From NCBI GenBank assembly GCA_964247055.1, contig OZ176053.1:4154001-4218000 (forward strand): a stretch of 64,000 bases of DNA, written 5' to 3'. Below, piece after piece: positions 12,099-33,692 of this stretch. The position numbers were made by a program, and so were the translations under genes. Under the pieces are notes generated by a model. That model worked only from the letters and a program-made list of their open reading frames with translations. It did no database searches and was not told the DNA's origin. The DNA is from Paragordius varius (lineage: Eukaryota > Animalia > Nematomorpha). Within the stretch, counting starts at the first letter, position 1. Every line of letters begins with the position of its first letter.

Positions 12099-12818
12099 AT
12101 ACAATATATATACCTGTATTTTTTAACGCAACATTTTGGCGGAGAATGTAAGGCAGTTTAATTTAGTTAGAGCGATTCAATCAATAAACTGTCGGAAAAA
12201 ACAATTTTAACATATGGACTAGAAAAAATAAAACGTCATTAATTAATTATAGGATTTATTTAATATGATATGAATGAATATTAGAGCATTGCAAATATAA
12301 TACAGCAAATGCCGAATTCTACAATCGCAAGTAATATGTATTGCAATCACACAAGACTGTACTATATTGTTAGGTAAAAAAATTAAATTGCATTTGGATG
12401 GGCTAAAGCTAAAAAACAATGGTTTAATAGTATAAATATAATTGGAAAATATTAAAATTTATTTTAAAAAAAGTGTGAAAAATATTGCACCAAAAAAATA
12501 ATTATTAATTCGACATTCACTACATTAAAAAACAACTGAAGGATATTTAACCTTTTATCTTATTTTTTAAAGTATTTATACGCATTCATTTTCTGACATA
12601 TCAAAAATGATTATTTGTTTTGTTAATAATGATATTATGGGACTGAGAAAATACAGATTACACTAAATGCAAGAGTGTAAAAATATATTCTAGATAAAAT
12701 TTTAATAAATTGTGGTTGCGAAAGGGTCTACCATATGTTGGTTAAGATTTAAGTGTTATGTAATGAGAAGAAAAAATGGAACACATAAAAGAGTGTTTAA
12801 AGAAAGGCATAAAAAACC

Positions 12819-21774
<8,956 letters not shown>

Positions 21775-22426
21775 TTTTAACTGAATGATTTGAATTTAAT
21801 AATCCGACATAGGGCTCTGAATTGCGACGCCCTTGATCGTGAATAGATAGGGACAGGCTACCCATCGATATTAGCTCATCACGTGATGTAAAAGATAATG
21901 CATACCTAAAATCAGTATTGACATATGACTATATATAGATGTTATTTAGCCTTAACAATTCGGTTCATTTAGGGTTACTAAATACCACAGACTATATAAT
22001 GATATTTTCAAAAAACTACTAAATGAAACTGCGCCAATTTATACATTTATTTTAATGTAAATTATAAATTAAGCCGAAACATCTAAATCACATTTCGTTT
22101 TAAAAAAATGTTCCATAAATCCGACGCCATTTATATTTTATAAATTTTTGCAAATGTCGTATTTATTTAATTTTATTTATTAAATTTAGGCGAATTATTT
22201 ATTTAATTCATATCTAACATTGATAGAAGCTGAAAAAATTGTTTATATTTACGTTTTTAAATTTAGATGATGCACACATGACATGTTGACCGATATACCT
22301 TTCGGTTTTCACCTTAGAATAAGTAATATCAAGCATTATAAAAAAAATTTATGCTCTTTATTTATATAATATAAGTGCAAACTGGTGCTATGGTTTTAAT
22401 TTCCATATTTTTTGAAATATTTAATT

Positions 22427-23270
22427 TTTAACCGGCCTGAGATATCCAACTTGCTCAAAATCGAAGGACTGAATGTGTTGTATTTACGTGTTAATATTAA
22501 ATTAATTACCAGATATTTTGGCCCCTGACGCAGTACTAAATTTATTCTCTTTGATGACAAAAATTTAATTTTTCTAACGTTTCGCATTCTGAAAATTTTT
22601 TAATACGCTAAGACACGGAAAAAATAAAAATAGATTAAAAAAATCATTATGTGTGGTGTGGCGCAGAATTAAAAATTTGAATTTACATATATAAATAAAA
22701 CTCGAAATAAATTAATACACCTAATGAGAATATAAAACGTAAAATAATGTTAATTTCCTCGAAAAAGTATATGCTAAATAATAGTAAAAATGTTTTTTCT
22801 GGATGGATATTTTGCTTAAAATTTAATCAAAATTTTTAACCATAGTGGATATATTAAACATTTTTTCTACAGAATTCGATGATGCTATACATTTCTATCT
22901 TCTGAGAATTTTGATTAATATATTCGTTTGTTTTCATAATGATTAATATTAATTTTTTTCCAAAAATTGACCCAGAATCAAAAACGAGCCTTTAATTCTG
23001 AGGGGATAGAAATGTTCTGAATCATCAAATCATATAGAAAATATCTTAAAGCGTTTGAATACAGTATCCCTTATGCCTCAAAATAATATGAAATACATTT
23101 CAACAAAATTTTAAAATTTAATTTTTTAGCAAAATATCCATTTTTTCGGGAGAACATTTTTTGTTGTCAAAGCATAGATTTTAAATTTTTATTGCTTAAT
23201 CTCGGCATTTTACCGTTATCACTTCGATTCAAATTGGGGTATCTTAATACCCCAGACTAAATATGAGTCA
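22427..23270. repeat. Copy of a dispersed repeat family (possibly piggyBac/MITE-derived)
   Basis: Shares the TCTGAGG(T/G)GATAGA motif and downstream blocks with 9780-10080 plus 10954-11130 and, inverted, with 30830-31310. Its left end (TTAA-C.GGCCTG..GAAGGACT..GTGTTGTAT) recurs at ~23695. The superfamily is not established. Confidence 0.5.
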
Positions 23271-24878
23271 GGATTTATTAAAAACTACTGGATGAAACGG
23301 TACCAATCTAAATTTATGCTTCAATCCTAATAAAAGTTATATAATAATGCAATATGATAGTTTTGAATAAAAAGTTCCATGTCAAACTACTTCGACGCCA
23401 CTTATATTTTACAAAACTTTTGCTATCGTCTTTATTTAATTTTATGGGTAAAATTAAAGATAATATTTTATATAAATTACATCTAACATGGATAGAAAAA
23501 GAAACTCGGTTTATTTTGTATTGTTCGTTAATTTTACCATTGCACAAATGTCACGTTGACTAAATTTTTATCTTGTTTTAGCTTAAAATAAGTAAAAATA
23601 AAGTTTTTTATATATTTCGGTTTATTAATGTGGTAAAAATGCAAAATTTTGCCATGGTTTCGATTCCTTCCATATTTTTTAAAACATTTAATTTTTAACA
23701 GGCCTGGGGTAATTAACTACCCCAATTTGAATTGAAGGACTAAAATTTAAGTGTTGTATCCAAGTGTTAAAGAAGAGTAGCCCATTATTGAAGGGCAAAA
23801 AAAATTGGGACTTTCGGATCCCACTAATATTATTTAAAAATTTTCTTTTGCTTTTATATGTAATTTATGACATATTTTATTTTTTTTGGACTAAATTTAG
23901 CTTTTAACAACAATTATTTAACAAAATATGCGCAAAATCTGCCATTTTCTGACACGGAGCAGTAAGTGTAAATAACTTTTATGAATCACTCGTAAGGGAC
24001 AAACATACCATGATAACCCTGGTACTTTTCCTATCAGAATATATTATATGTTTTATGAGGATAGTTTTTATATACCCATGCAGCGATCTATAATGGATAA
24101 AAATAATTTACGGAAATAAAATTTTGTATATAAACTCCCGTTTGATAATTATGATTGAAGTAAATATCAACAAAACTTAAATTAGTTACTTAAATGAAAC
24201 AAAAATTAAACTTTAAAAAAATGATCAAATTTTTACTATTAATTTTGTGTTAATTTTAAATTTGAGGTTAATTACCTAAATAAAACAAAAATTGATTTAA
24301 ACTTGATCTAATTTTTCATAAATCAATAAAAATTTATAATTTTACATTTTGTGGCCTCTTTTACGTCAGCCCTAAATGTAAGGGCCGTTAGCCTAAATAT
24401 TTGGATGGAGTTGAGTCCATTGCGCGAATGACTGCATTCATAAGCGATTCGACCGGTCCAAAACCCAATTCTATAGATAGTTCGAGCAGAAAATAATAAA
24501 CCAATTAAAAATATACCGTACCGCAAAATAAAACTTTTTACAAATGGGGGTTATTTTAACAGGGGGTACTCTATAAAGCTCAACAATAATTTTTTACTTT
24601 ATAAAAGATACTTAATTAATATATTTATAAAAAAAATATTTTTTAAAATTCCAAGCAGTAACAAAAGCCAGGGCACTACAGGCGCAGTTTTTTCAATAAC
24701 CCAGTGCTGTACTGCAAAAAACAGCCTATCTGGTCACATTATACTAAATTATAAATTGAAAAAATGTGCAATCCTTCTATATCTAAATAAATGCCTAAAG
24801 GGATTCATCCAATTCTGCTTTAAAATGGTAAAACTCTCATTATCCTAGTTATGATATATATATATTTTATCATAACTA

Positions 24879-25021
24879 CAGTATGAGTAAGTATCAATTG
24901 CTAGTATTTCAATAATAATTACCAGAGAGCATATTCAGCAATAGGCAATATAAATGGCCTATAGTTTTTTATTATAAAAATTTTTGTTTGAAAAATTAGC
25001 AATCTATACTTACTCATACTA
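24879..25021. mobile_element. ~140-bp MITE with ~24-bp TIRs (Tc1/pogo-like TA|CAGT start)
   Basis: AGTATGAGTAAGTATCAATTGCTA at 24880 is inverted as TAGCAATCTATACTTACTCATACT ending at 25020. Confidence 0.65.
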
Positions 25022-25278
25022 AAATACGCATCATCACTATTTATAATTAAAATTATTTTAACATAATTTATTGACACATGATGTTAATAAAGTAAAGATA
25101 TTATGTGTGCAGAACTATCTACTTCAATTATATTAGTTGGAGAATTTCGATAATTATGTATTTATTAAAACCCTTTTAATCCAAAATGACATTTATATTT
25201 AAAATTATATGGATATTTATTGTTTTAAGTTGGCCGAATACTTAACGATTTCAAATTTTAATATCTTATCAATGATTC

Positions 25279-25451
25279 AAGGGGTGTCCAACATAAATAT
25301 CTTCGGGTTACTTTAATAATTTTTTTAGCCCATTTCGGATGATAAATCTTCTAAATAATATTCGTAAATATTTGATAGAAATCCAATTTTTTATTTTTTT
25401 TTAACATTTTTGCACTTTTGCGTACCGAACAAAGCGTGTTGGACATCCCTG
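25279..25451. mobile_element. ~170-bp hAT (Charlie-like) MITE
   Basis: Ends AAGGGGTGTCCAAC and GTTGGACATCCCTG. The same terminus family occurs at 33385-33398. Confidence 0.7.
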
Positions 25452-28369
25452 ATTTAGACTCCAACCATATATATGACTTTTAGGGTTTTTTTATAAAATA
25501 TATGCCTATAAACTTAAATTTTTTAGGTCTAAATATCTTTTGAAACTTTTCTCAAAATCGGTTTTAGTCATATATAAATATGTGATTGGGTAGTTTTGGA
25601 TTGGTTAAAAAATAATAATCGATATCATAAGCGGTTAAAATCTTTCATTACTGTTATTAAAATTAACTATGACAAACAAATAAAAAAATTATGAGATTTT
25701 AAATATATTGTTAGCAAATTAAATTTAAGTGTTTTTTTACCATTTTTTGTATTTATTTTGTATTTACAAGTATCTCTTTTAAATTGCTAGTTGTAAGAAA
25801 TCTTAGTGATGGTAAAACTAATCTCATTATAATCCTATATCATACATAAAAACCTTGCTTTTGAAATAAAAGTCATAAACAGCTTACGAATTCCAATTGT
25901 CTCAACTGATTTTTAAATTATACAATTTTATACATTGAAATACATTTTGGAGCGTAATCCTAAGGGCTTGCAGTGTTATTAAATTTCAATGCTATATTTA
26001 TTTTAATACATTGGATAAGTTAATTATGATGTAATATGAATACTGTTAAAAATTTCTTCAAAAATTCCATAAACAGCTGATTTAAACAAAAAATTGATGA
26101 TTTAAGGCATTTAAGGATAATTAAAGTTTTTATTTTTGCACTTGGCAGCGAAAAGTTTGGAATGAGATTTTTTTAGGATATAACATTAATATTCATTAGT
26201 ATATAATTTTTACAAATGACCAAAAAATATTTGGCGGCAAAACGATGAAATTAGTGTAATTTTTTTAAATTCAAGAAAACGTGGCAGATATAAAATGCGA
26301 CAACCAAAACCATTCTAACAATACAACAGTTATCCATCAACAATCTGGCGTAACTACACTTACTAAATAGCGACTAATTGACCCCCCGATCCTACCAATT
26401 AGCAATAAGTAGATAAGCCTTTTACTTTTGTATTTCCATATGTGATTGTTAAAACAACCTTAAAATAATATATTTATATTAATTATAACACATAAATGGC
26501 CGTTATAATAAGGGATGTGATTGTCTTTCGGTTATAAACCGCAATCGCCCTGATAAATAACCGGTCGAAAGCCAATATATATATGTATATATAAAAATTA
26601 ATCATTTGCATTCTTGCTTTATATCGATAATCTGTTGGAAATGTTATCATTTTTGACTGATCAAAAACTTAACCCTTAAGTATCGTGTTTAATGACATAA
26701 TTAAATAAAAAATATTATATTTAATTACAGATTTAAATAGGCCCCAAAAAGTAATTTATATAAAATTTTGGCGTATTAACTTGAGCTGTAAAATACTATT
26801 TCAAACTCAAAATCATAGTGTATTTTCCCCTAATAACAACACCAACATAATATGAACTGCAATAAAAATTTGGCAAGCGGTTGAAAATTATTTTTTTTAT
26901 AAAATTTAACCGCGCAAATATTAAAAGCCACAGTCAAGTTTCCAATGTAAATATATGTGTATATCTTTTGGGCTTAGGCCAAAATATTTTATATGTACTG
27001 GTAAAATGATTGAAAAATCTGCCAAATTTCGTTATGCAAACAAATAACTATAAATATAGTATAGGAAGAAGCCAAAATTTGCAACGGAGTAAAATTTAAT
27101 ACCGGTCACACCCGGTCAGTTATTTTTTAATCCGATGTAAGTATATAAACACCCTAATTTTTACCAAAAAATCAAAACTAATTTTGCCTATAATATTACT
27201 CATCTACGACATCGCTCCAAATATTAAATATGAAAATATTATCACTCATTTGCATTATTGGTGTCGCTATCATTTCAAGTATTATTTATCATTTTATCAT
27301 GCACCTTTAAAATATTGTTGCAAAACAAGAATTAATTCTAGAAACTATAATAATTTTATAGTCAAATTCCGTAGGGTTAAAATAAACTGGAAATATAAAT
27401 AATTTATATAAAAATTTACAATAAATTTAAAACTATTTATAAATATAATATGACTCTATTTAAAAAGATACACTTTAATGCATTTTCGTTTTGAAAATTG
27501 CAGTGTCTATACATCAAAATCAAAATTTAATAAATTATAAAAATTATCAGATATTGGAAATTTTTTCCAACTCGAGTGACGAGCTGTTTAGAGGTCTAAT
27601 AAAATCGATCGTATTCCTTTAACATTATACTTTGGAGTTGTAAAATAAATGCACTGTGAAATAAATTATTAATCAACGATGGTTTAGACCAGGGGATTGG
27701 CCATGATGCCTTCATTATTGCATCGGTGATAGTTGTTGTCACAATAAAAATATATGTTAGTATAAAAAAATTGTTTTAGAATTAATTTTTTAGGTTTTTG
27801 TTAAGCTACATTATATAATTACATTTATGGTATGAATTTAATGCGTACACGTTGGGTGGTTTCATTTTAAGTGGGTCAGGCCCGTTATTATTTATGAGTG
27901 GTCTAAAACCGATACCTTTTTTCCATATAACAGTTTTTCATTTTATTTTAATCATAGTTAATTGAACAATTCAATGGAGTTTAAATGTAAAAAAGTAATG
28001 ATCCTATAGTATAGTCATTTTTACATTAATCAAATTAATAATTTCATAGATGCATTCACTATTTATTTATTTAGTTAATTAAATCATTTTTTCAAAAAAA
28101 AACGATTTAATATTAGGTTTAATTAATATTTGGGACATTTGATAAATTTATAAAATAGTTTTGTATTTTTTTGGAAAACTAAATTAAATATGATCAATAA
28201 ATTTAGGAATAAAGACATGTATCCTATGATATTTCGTTTTGGTTAAAAAAATTTTTAGTCATTAATCCTAATTTTTTAGTTATGGGTAAAAAATTTTAAT
28301 CAATTAATCAAAAATTGCATTTACATAATATTCCAAATATTTATAATGATTTTAAATTTATTTTTTTAG

Positions 28370-29180
28370 CATTCAATGTGGTCATGGCTTGTAGATTGAA
28401 TAACGGTCCACAACTCCCAAGAGACAGAAGTGTTATTATAAAGACACTGGTCGGAAAAAATGATAGATTTTCAGATTGTGCTTCGAACACTATCTTTTTT
28501 GCGGTACCTCTTGGCAGTAATTGTAATTTTTTATCTCTCAATCATGTTTTAAGTTTTAGCTTTTTCTTAATTAAATAATTATAACTATTAATTTTTTTTT
28601 AGTTATTAGCCAAATAAGAAGAGCAGGCCGTACTGATAACATTCCCGATGAGTTGGGCTCAGGCTCGCCACTTCAAACGTCGAGAGGAATCAATTACAGA
28701 GTTCCAGCCGGATATAATGGCGATATATTTGTTTCTGTAAGTTTTTCTATAATAATTGTTGAAGTATATCATTTAAGTACACCTCAAATTCGCCCTTGAA
28801 CTTTCTAATTTACCCAAAAATAACTATATGTTTTTGGAATTAAATTATAGCTATATTTTTACAAATTGAATATAATATTTTCAAGGGGGGATTCGAAATG
28901 TTTGAGGAGGCGTAAATATATATATATATATGAAGGATTCGTAATATTGGTATGTTAATCGCTACATGGAACATATTTTTGTCGTGATTATATTATTACA
29001 TAATCTTAATTATTAAGTTTTTTTCATTAGGTTCAACATATTATGGAATGATTATTCCATATTGACTATTAAATTAAACACTTGTTAAAAAGTTGAATGA
29101 GCAATTTTAAATATTTATATGTATTTTTTATATTTTAGTATCGGGACAGTGGTAGATTTTATTCCATAGTTGTTTCTTAA
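28370..29180 (+). CDS. Small spliced gene of unknown function (5' exon not fixed)
   Basis: Phase-consistent exons 28370-28516, 28603-28736 (donor GTAAGT) and 29139-29180 (TAA) have raised GC. They translate as FNVVMACRLNNGPQLPRDRSVIIKTLVGKNDRFSDCASNTIFFAVPLGIISQIRRAGRTDNIPDELGSGSPLQTSRGINYRVPAGYNGDIFVSYRDSGRFYSIVVS*. Confidence 0.6.
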
Positions 29181-29501
29181 TTCATTGGACAAGGGTCTAT
29201 CAATCCTTGTTATGGAATCATCTCTCCAATATTATAACATTATATAATACGAATTGGTGAATATTAATATATTATTATAATCGTGTTATAATAAATTATG
29301 TTAGCTATTATTCTACTTATTTCTTATTATTAATCTTTGTGGAAAAAACACGACAATTTTCCTTTAAAAGTTCTTTTATCTAATATTCAATACAACTAAA
29401 ATTTTAAAATACTAAATGGAGAGCTTATTGTTCATTTCAGTTAAATTGGCTAAAAGTATGTTTTATTTTTATTAATATTAGCAGATATGTTTTCAATCTA
29501 A

Positions 29502-30518
29502 TCTATATATTTATAAAAATGGAAAATGCTGGCTTTGTGATCTGGTACAGGAAAACAGGTAGACCCATTCAAATCCAAACATCGAAAAAATATATTCATT
29601 AATAAATGCCCCGACAATAGCTTCGCCCTTTTTTGAAATAGGCCCCCCTGTTCGGGCCCACCCCGTGTAAAAAACGCGTTTTTTTTGAAAACACAAGTCC
29701 ACAAAAATCGTGTCTTTGAAATTTTCTGGAGAACGTGTTGGACCATTCAATTTCAAATATGATTTTTGTTTAGTTATTTTCGATTACGCCGAACATAGTC
29801 GTCTCACTTTTTTGATTTAGGCCCTCTTTTTACCCGCTCCCCCTGTAAAATGCCATTTTTTTAAAAAAAACAAAGTCCACAGAAATAATTTTTTGAATCT
29901 ATTTTTCGACCAAGGTATGAGACCGTAAAAATTTAATAAAAATACCACGGATTACCTGTTAAAAGGCAAAAATTTTAGTCAAGCATTTCTTTGATGATAG
30001 CTGCTGAGTAAGGAGCTACCCGCGAAAAACTGACCCGTCATATCTAAATCGCGTGCTTCTGGGGCTAAATTTAAAAAAACCTATCAGGCCATATGAGTTC
30101 AATAGCTGCTTAAAGAATTACCCGTAAAAAGTCAAAAATTTTAGTCGAGCGGATTTTTTGAATTAGCCGTTAAATAGGCCCTTTAGGCCCTAAAAATGCG
30201 CTATCATTGAACTATTATTTAGTTTTGAAGTCATTCTTCCATAAACTATTAGGAATGAACGATGATTCCACTTAAAAGGCAAAATTTTTTATCTAACTAC
30301 ATTTTTATATTGACCTCTGGGCAGGGGCTGCTCGCCTACAACTGCGCCATCATATCGATACAGCATGCCTTTAAAGCCAAATTTCAAAAAACTTATGAGA
30401 CTATGTGAATCATTTTAAAACTTCGTGCCGCATATCAAAATTCCTTATAAAATCATCCCCCCCCCCAGAAGTCCGAAGCACTTCCTCGGGCTGCGTAGCA
30501 GCACGAGATTTACGCTAG
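29502..30518 (+). mobile_element. Non-autonomous Helitron (~1.0 kb)
   Basis: 5' end A|TCTATATATTTATAAAAATG. The 3' end has a GC-rich hairpin CTCGGGCTGC-GTA-GCAGCACGAG (30485-30507) followed 7 nt later by CTAG|T (30515-30519). There is no TSD and there are internal diverged repeats. Confidence 0.75.
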
Positions 30519-31319
30519 TAGTAAATAAAATTATTGCTTGATATGTTGCAAAATGAGGTTACTGTATTTACTCCAAAGTTTAAATTATATGAAACTAATC
30601 AAAATGAAAATTCTCATACAACCAATAGACATGTATATTTTAAACCTATTTCGCTAATTACAAACTGTTATTGTTTACCATATATAAAAATAGCAATCAT
30701 GCGGTCAAAAAATATAGACTATAGTAAAATTTATTTAAGACGTTTTAGTATTACGCATCTAAAACTCGTGATTTATATATATATAGTGATAGGAAAATGT
30801 ATTAGGAATATCATGGTGCTATTGATGTTGATATGAGTTATTTAAGAATATTTACTTTTTCTGGTAACTGCTCTCTTTTATAAAATGGCGAAATCCGCGC
30901 ACATTTTGTTAAATAAATTTTTTTTGAAGAAAGCTAAATGCTTCATTCCAAAAAATATCACTAAAATATATCCTAAACTACATATGAGCAAAACACAATT
31001 TCTATAATATCTTAATTTTAAGTTCCGAAAGTCTCAAATCTTTTTGCCCGCCTAAATTGGGCCAGGTTTCTTTAAATAAACGTAAAAATGCCGAAATTGC
31101 GCATTATATATGCTACATTTTTGACATATAAAAAGGTGTCCGAAACGGAAATTCTAAAAAAACTTATTTTCTGGCAAAGCATTGTTGAGTATTTCATACT
31201 ATTTTGAGGCAGATGGAAACGTTAAAACGCTTCAATATATTATAAAAACCCTTTTGAATAATTCTATGATGATGAACATTTCTATCACCTCAGATTTCGA
31301 ATACAACATTAGTTAGTCT

Positions 31320-32557
31320 CAGTGACATAACGAGAGGGGGTGTTTTTAATTAAATCTTCTAATAGCTCTATCAAATCATCTATCTACTACCCCAAAAGAC
31401 ATTGAGAGCTTAAACTCTAGCAGTCCATTGGGTTTAATACTAACGCATAACAGTTTTTTTAGTTTTTTAAAAGGTGCTAATTGAACGTTAAAAATAAATT
31501 TATATAATTTTTGCTGAATTATTGCATATATAATAATACAATCACACTTCAGCGTAAACAATATTCAATAATGAAACGTTTATTTGCAAAATTTGATGAT
31601 CATAATTTACAATTTTAGTTAAAACTTATTGATAAAAATATTCGATATAAGTCCCATCTTATATTCAATAAAACCTGCTTGGAAAACAATTTGAGTCCCA
31701 AATCTTTGATTCCGAAATTCTCCATTAATAACAATAATACCAACAAAATGAAGGAAAATATATGTAAAAAATTAATAAAAGAAAGAATTAAGAACTGCTA
31801 CAGAAATATTGAATATTGTAAGAAAAAATTGGAGAGCTTGGAAAAATGGTTAGATAATTTACCTCTATACCCCTTATAATAATAACTTAAATACACTTGA
31901 AACCCGTTATTGATCCAATAAATAGATATGAGAAAATTACAAATATACCACTAGTAATTCCAAGCGCTATACCTATAGAGTTTAATGATGTCGCAGGATT
32001 TCTAAATAAATGCAATCTCTTTGAAACAAAAAATCATCGTTCAATGCCCCAATCTTGGTTTTTTCCACGTGTCGGTAAAAACGTAGGATTTGAAGTTGAG
32101 AGGTCTTGGCTTTTATATTCACCAAAGAACAGATTTGCGTATGGTTTTTGATTCCTACTTTTTGATCGACCTAATTCCATTACGCATGGTTTTAATAAAT
32201 GGAGGAAAAAAAGATGAATTAATCCATCATGAAAATAGCCTCAATCATCGGAAAGCATTTACTACTTGGAAAGAGGCAGAAAGAAGATTAATACAGAAAT
32301 TTATTCTGCTTTAGAATAAACAATCAGAAAAAAATCGCTGGGGAAATATTTTCCATCCAATATTGGCCAGCATGAAATTTCTAATCACCTAAAATCTCCC
32401 TTTTCGAGGACATGTTAAAATAATGTACTTATCTATGGTGTTTAAGTTGCGTTTGTATTTTTTTACTAAATTTTTGTTGGCTTTCAAAAAGAGGAGGGGG
32501 GAGGGGCGCTATAAGAGTTTTATGCTCCGGGCGCCGCTAATGCTCGGTACGCCACTG
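31320..32557 (+). mobile_element. hAT element with ZMYM1/TTF-zinc-finger-type transposase 5' remnant
   Basis: Right terminus reads CAGTGGCGTACCGAGC on the minus strand (ending 32557); a degenerate left terminus CAGTGACATAACGAG lies at 31320. Frameshifted ORFs include RSMPQSWF..ERSWLLYSPKNRFAYGF and LIHHENSLNHRKAFTTW (TTF-type zinc finger). Confidence 0.7.
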
Positions 32558-33398
32558 GTATTGGCATGTCTTTTTAAATTATATTCGCGAAACCCGTTTG
32601 TCATAAATTTGCAAATAAGGCACTCCGCTTTGTTGAAAATTTGAGTTAACCCATATTTTAATTCCCAGTCGGGATTGTATTTAATAGTTACTTTTTTAGA
32701 TTTATGCATATTGAAAGCTAAATAAATTATGTGAAATACCTATTTTTTTGCAAGTAATTTAATGTTTCAATGGACCCAAATTATAATTCCCAGTATTGGT
32801 ATGAAAGCTAAATAAATTATTTTAACCTATTTTTTGCAAGTAATTTAATTTTTCAATGGACCTTAATTGTAATTCCCAGTATTGGTATGAAAGCTAATTA
32901 AAATATTTCACCTATTTTTTGCAAGTATTTTAATGTTTCAATGGACCCATATTATAAGTCCGAGTATTGGTATGAAAGCTAAATAAATTATTTTAAATGC
33001 TTATTTTTTGCAAGTATTCAATTTCAATGGACCCAAATTATAATTCCCAGTATTGGTTAAGCTAAACAAATTATTTTAAATACCTATTTTTTGCAAGTAA
33101 TTTAATGTTTTAATTTAATGTGAAAGGATCATCTTGAAGTTGGAAACAACATGCAGGAAAAAATATGTTTTATAAATGATTAAATGAATGCGATGTTAGA
33201 TATTTATAATAAAGAATTAATTAAAAGTTTCTAAAAGTAATTTTAATGTCAAAATAAAAATGCATAATTTACATATAAAATTTTTTTAAAAAAATTAGAA
33301 ATTATTTTTTTTTTTCAAAAAATTTTTTTTCAAAATAAAGAGCCACTCAAAATCAATGAGCCACTAGTGACTCGCGAATACCCTGTTGGACACCCCTG
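32558..33398 (-). mobile_element. Truncated Charlie/GTF2IRD2-type hAT element
   Basis: Terminus CAGGGGTGTCCAAC at 33398 (minus). The ORF fragment KYNPDWELKYGLTQIFNKAECLICK..REYNLKRH (32509-32709) is the typical N-terminal zinc finger, cut off at the neighbouring element's terminus. Confidence 0.7.
32709..33115. repeat. Tandem repeat, ~85-89-bp unit, about 5 copies
   Basis: Unit TGAAAGCTAAATAAATTAT..CCTATTTTTTGCAAGTAATTTAATGTTTCAATGGACCCAAATTATAATTCCCAGTATTGGTA starts at ~32712, 32801, 32889, 32974 and 33058. Confidence 0.9.
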
Positions 33399-33410
33399 CT
33401 CTATACCAAC

Positions 33411-33692
33411 CAGTGTTCAAAACAAATGGCTTCACGGGCCACATTTTGAAATCGAAAATTCCTACGGAAGCCGCATTCGCAAAATATATGGGAATTAACA
33501 AAGATTTATTTCATACTAAAGACTGTAAAAATTACTATTTATTTTAACAATTTTTGTTAGTTTTCTTTGCCTTAATTCGGAAAGAATACAGAAAATTGGT
33601 TAAAAAAATGAATTTTACTCAGATTTTGTAAAATATTTAAAATTTCTCGTGGGCGGCAAAATATTTTGGAGGGCCGCGTGTTGAACAACTCT
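33411..33692. mobile_element. Short hAT-type MITE
   Basis: Ends CAGTGTTCAAAAC and GTGTTGAACAACTC, with subterminal CGGGCCAC / GGGCCGC motifs typical of hAT MITEs. Confidence 0.55.

Noticed and set aside
24323-24526. 67-aa minus-strand ORF with raised GC
   Set aside because: It has no motif or convincing splice partners and lies among repeats, so it is probably transposon-derived.
27640-27930. Two GC-richer patches that might be exons of the 28370 gene or a separate minus-strand gene
   Set aside because: I could not build a stop-free, phase-consistent model on either strand, so they are left unannotated.
28341-28541. Minus-strand 66-aa ORF with a hydrophobic stretch
   Set aside because: It is antisense to the better-supported plus-strand spliced model, which has three compatible exons and a GTAAGT donor.
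32709-33115. Regular repeat array considered as CRISPR-like
   Set aside because: The units are contiguous ~87-bp tandem copies without unique spacers, the context is eukaryotic, and no cas genes are present.
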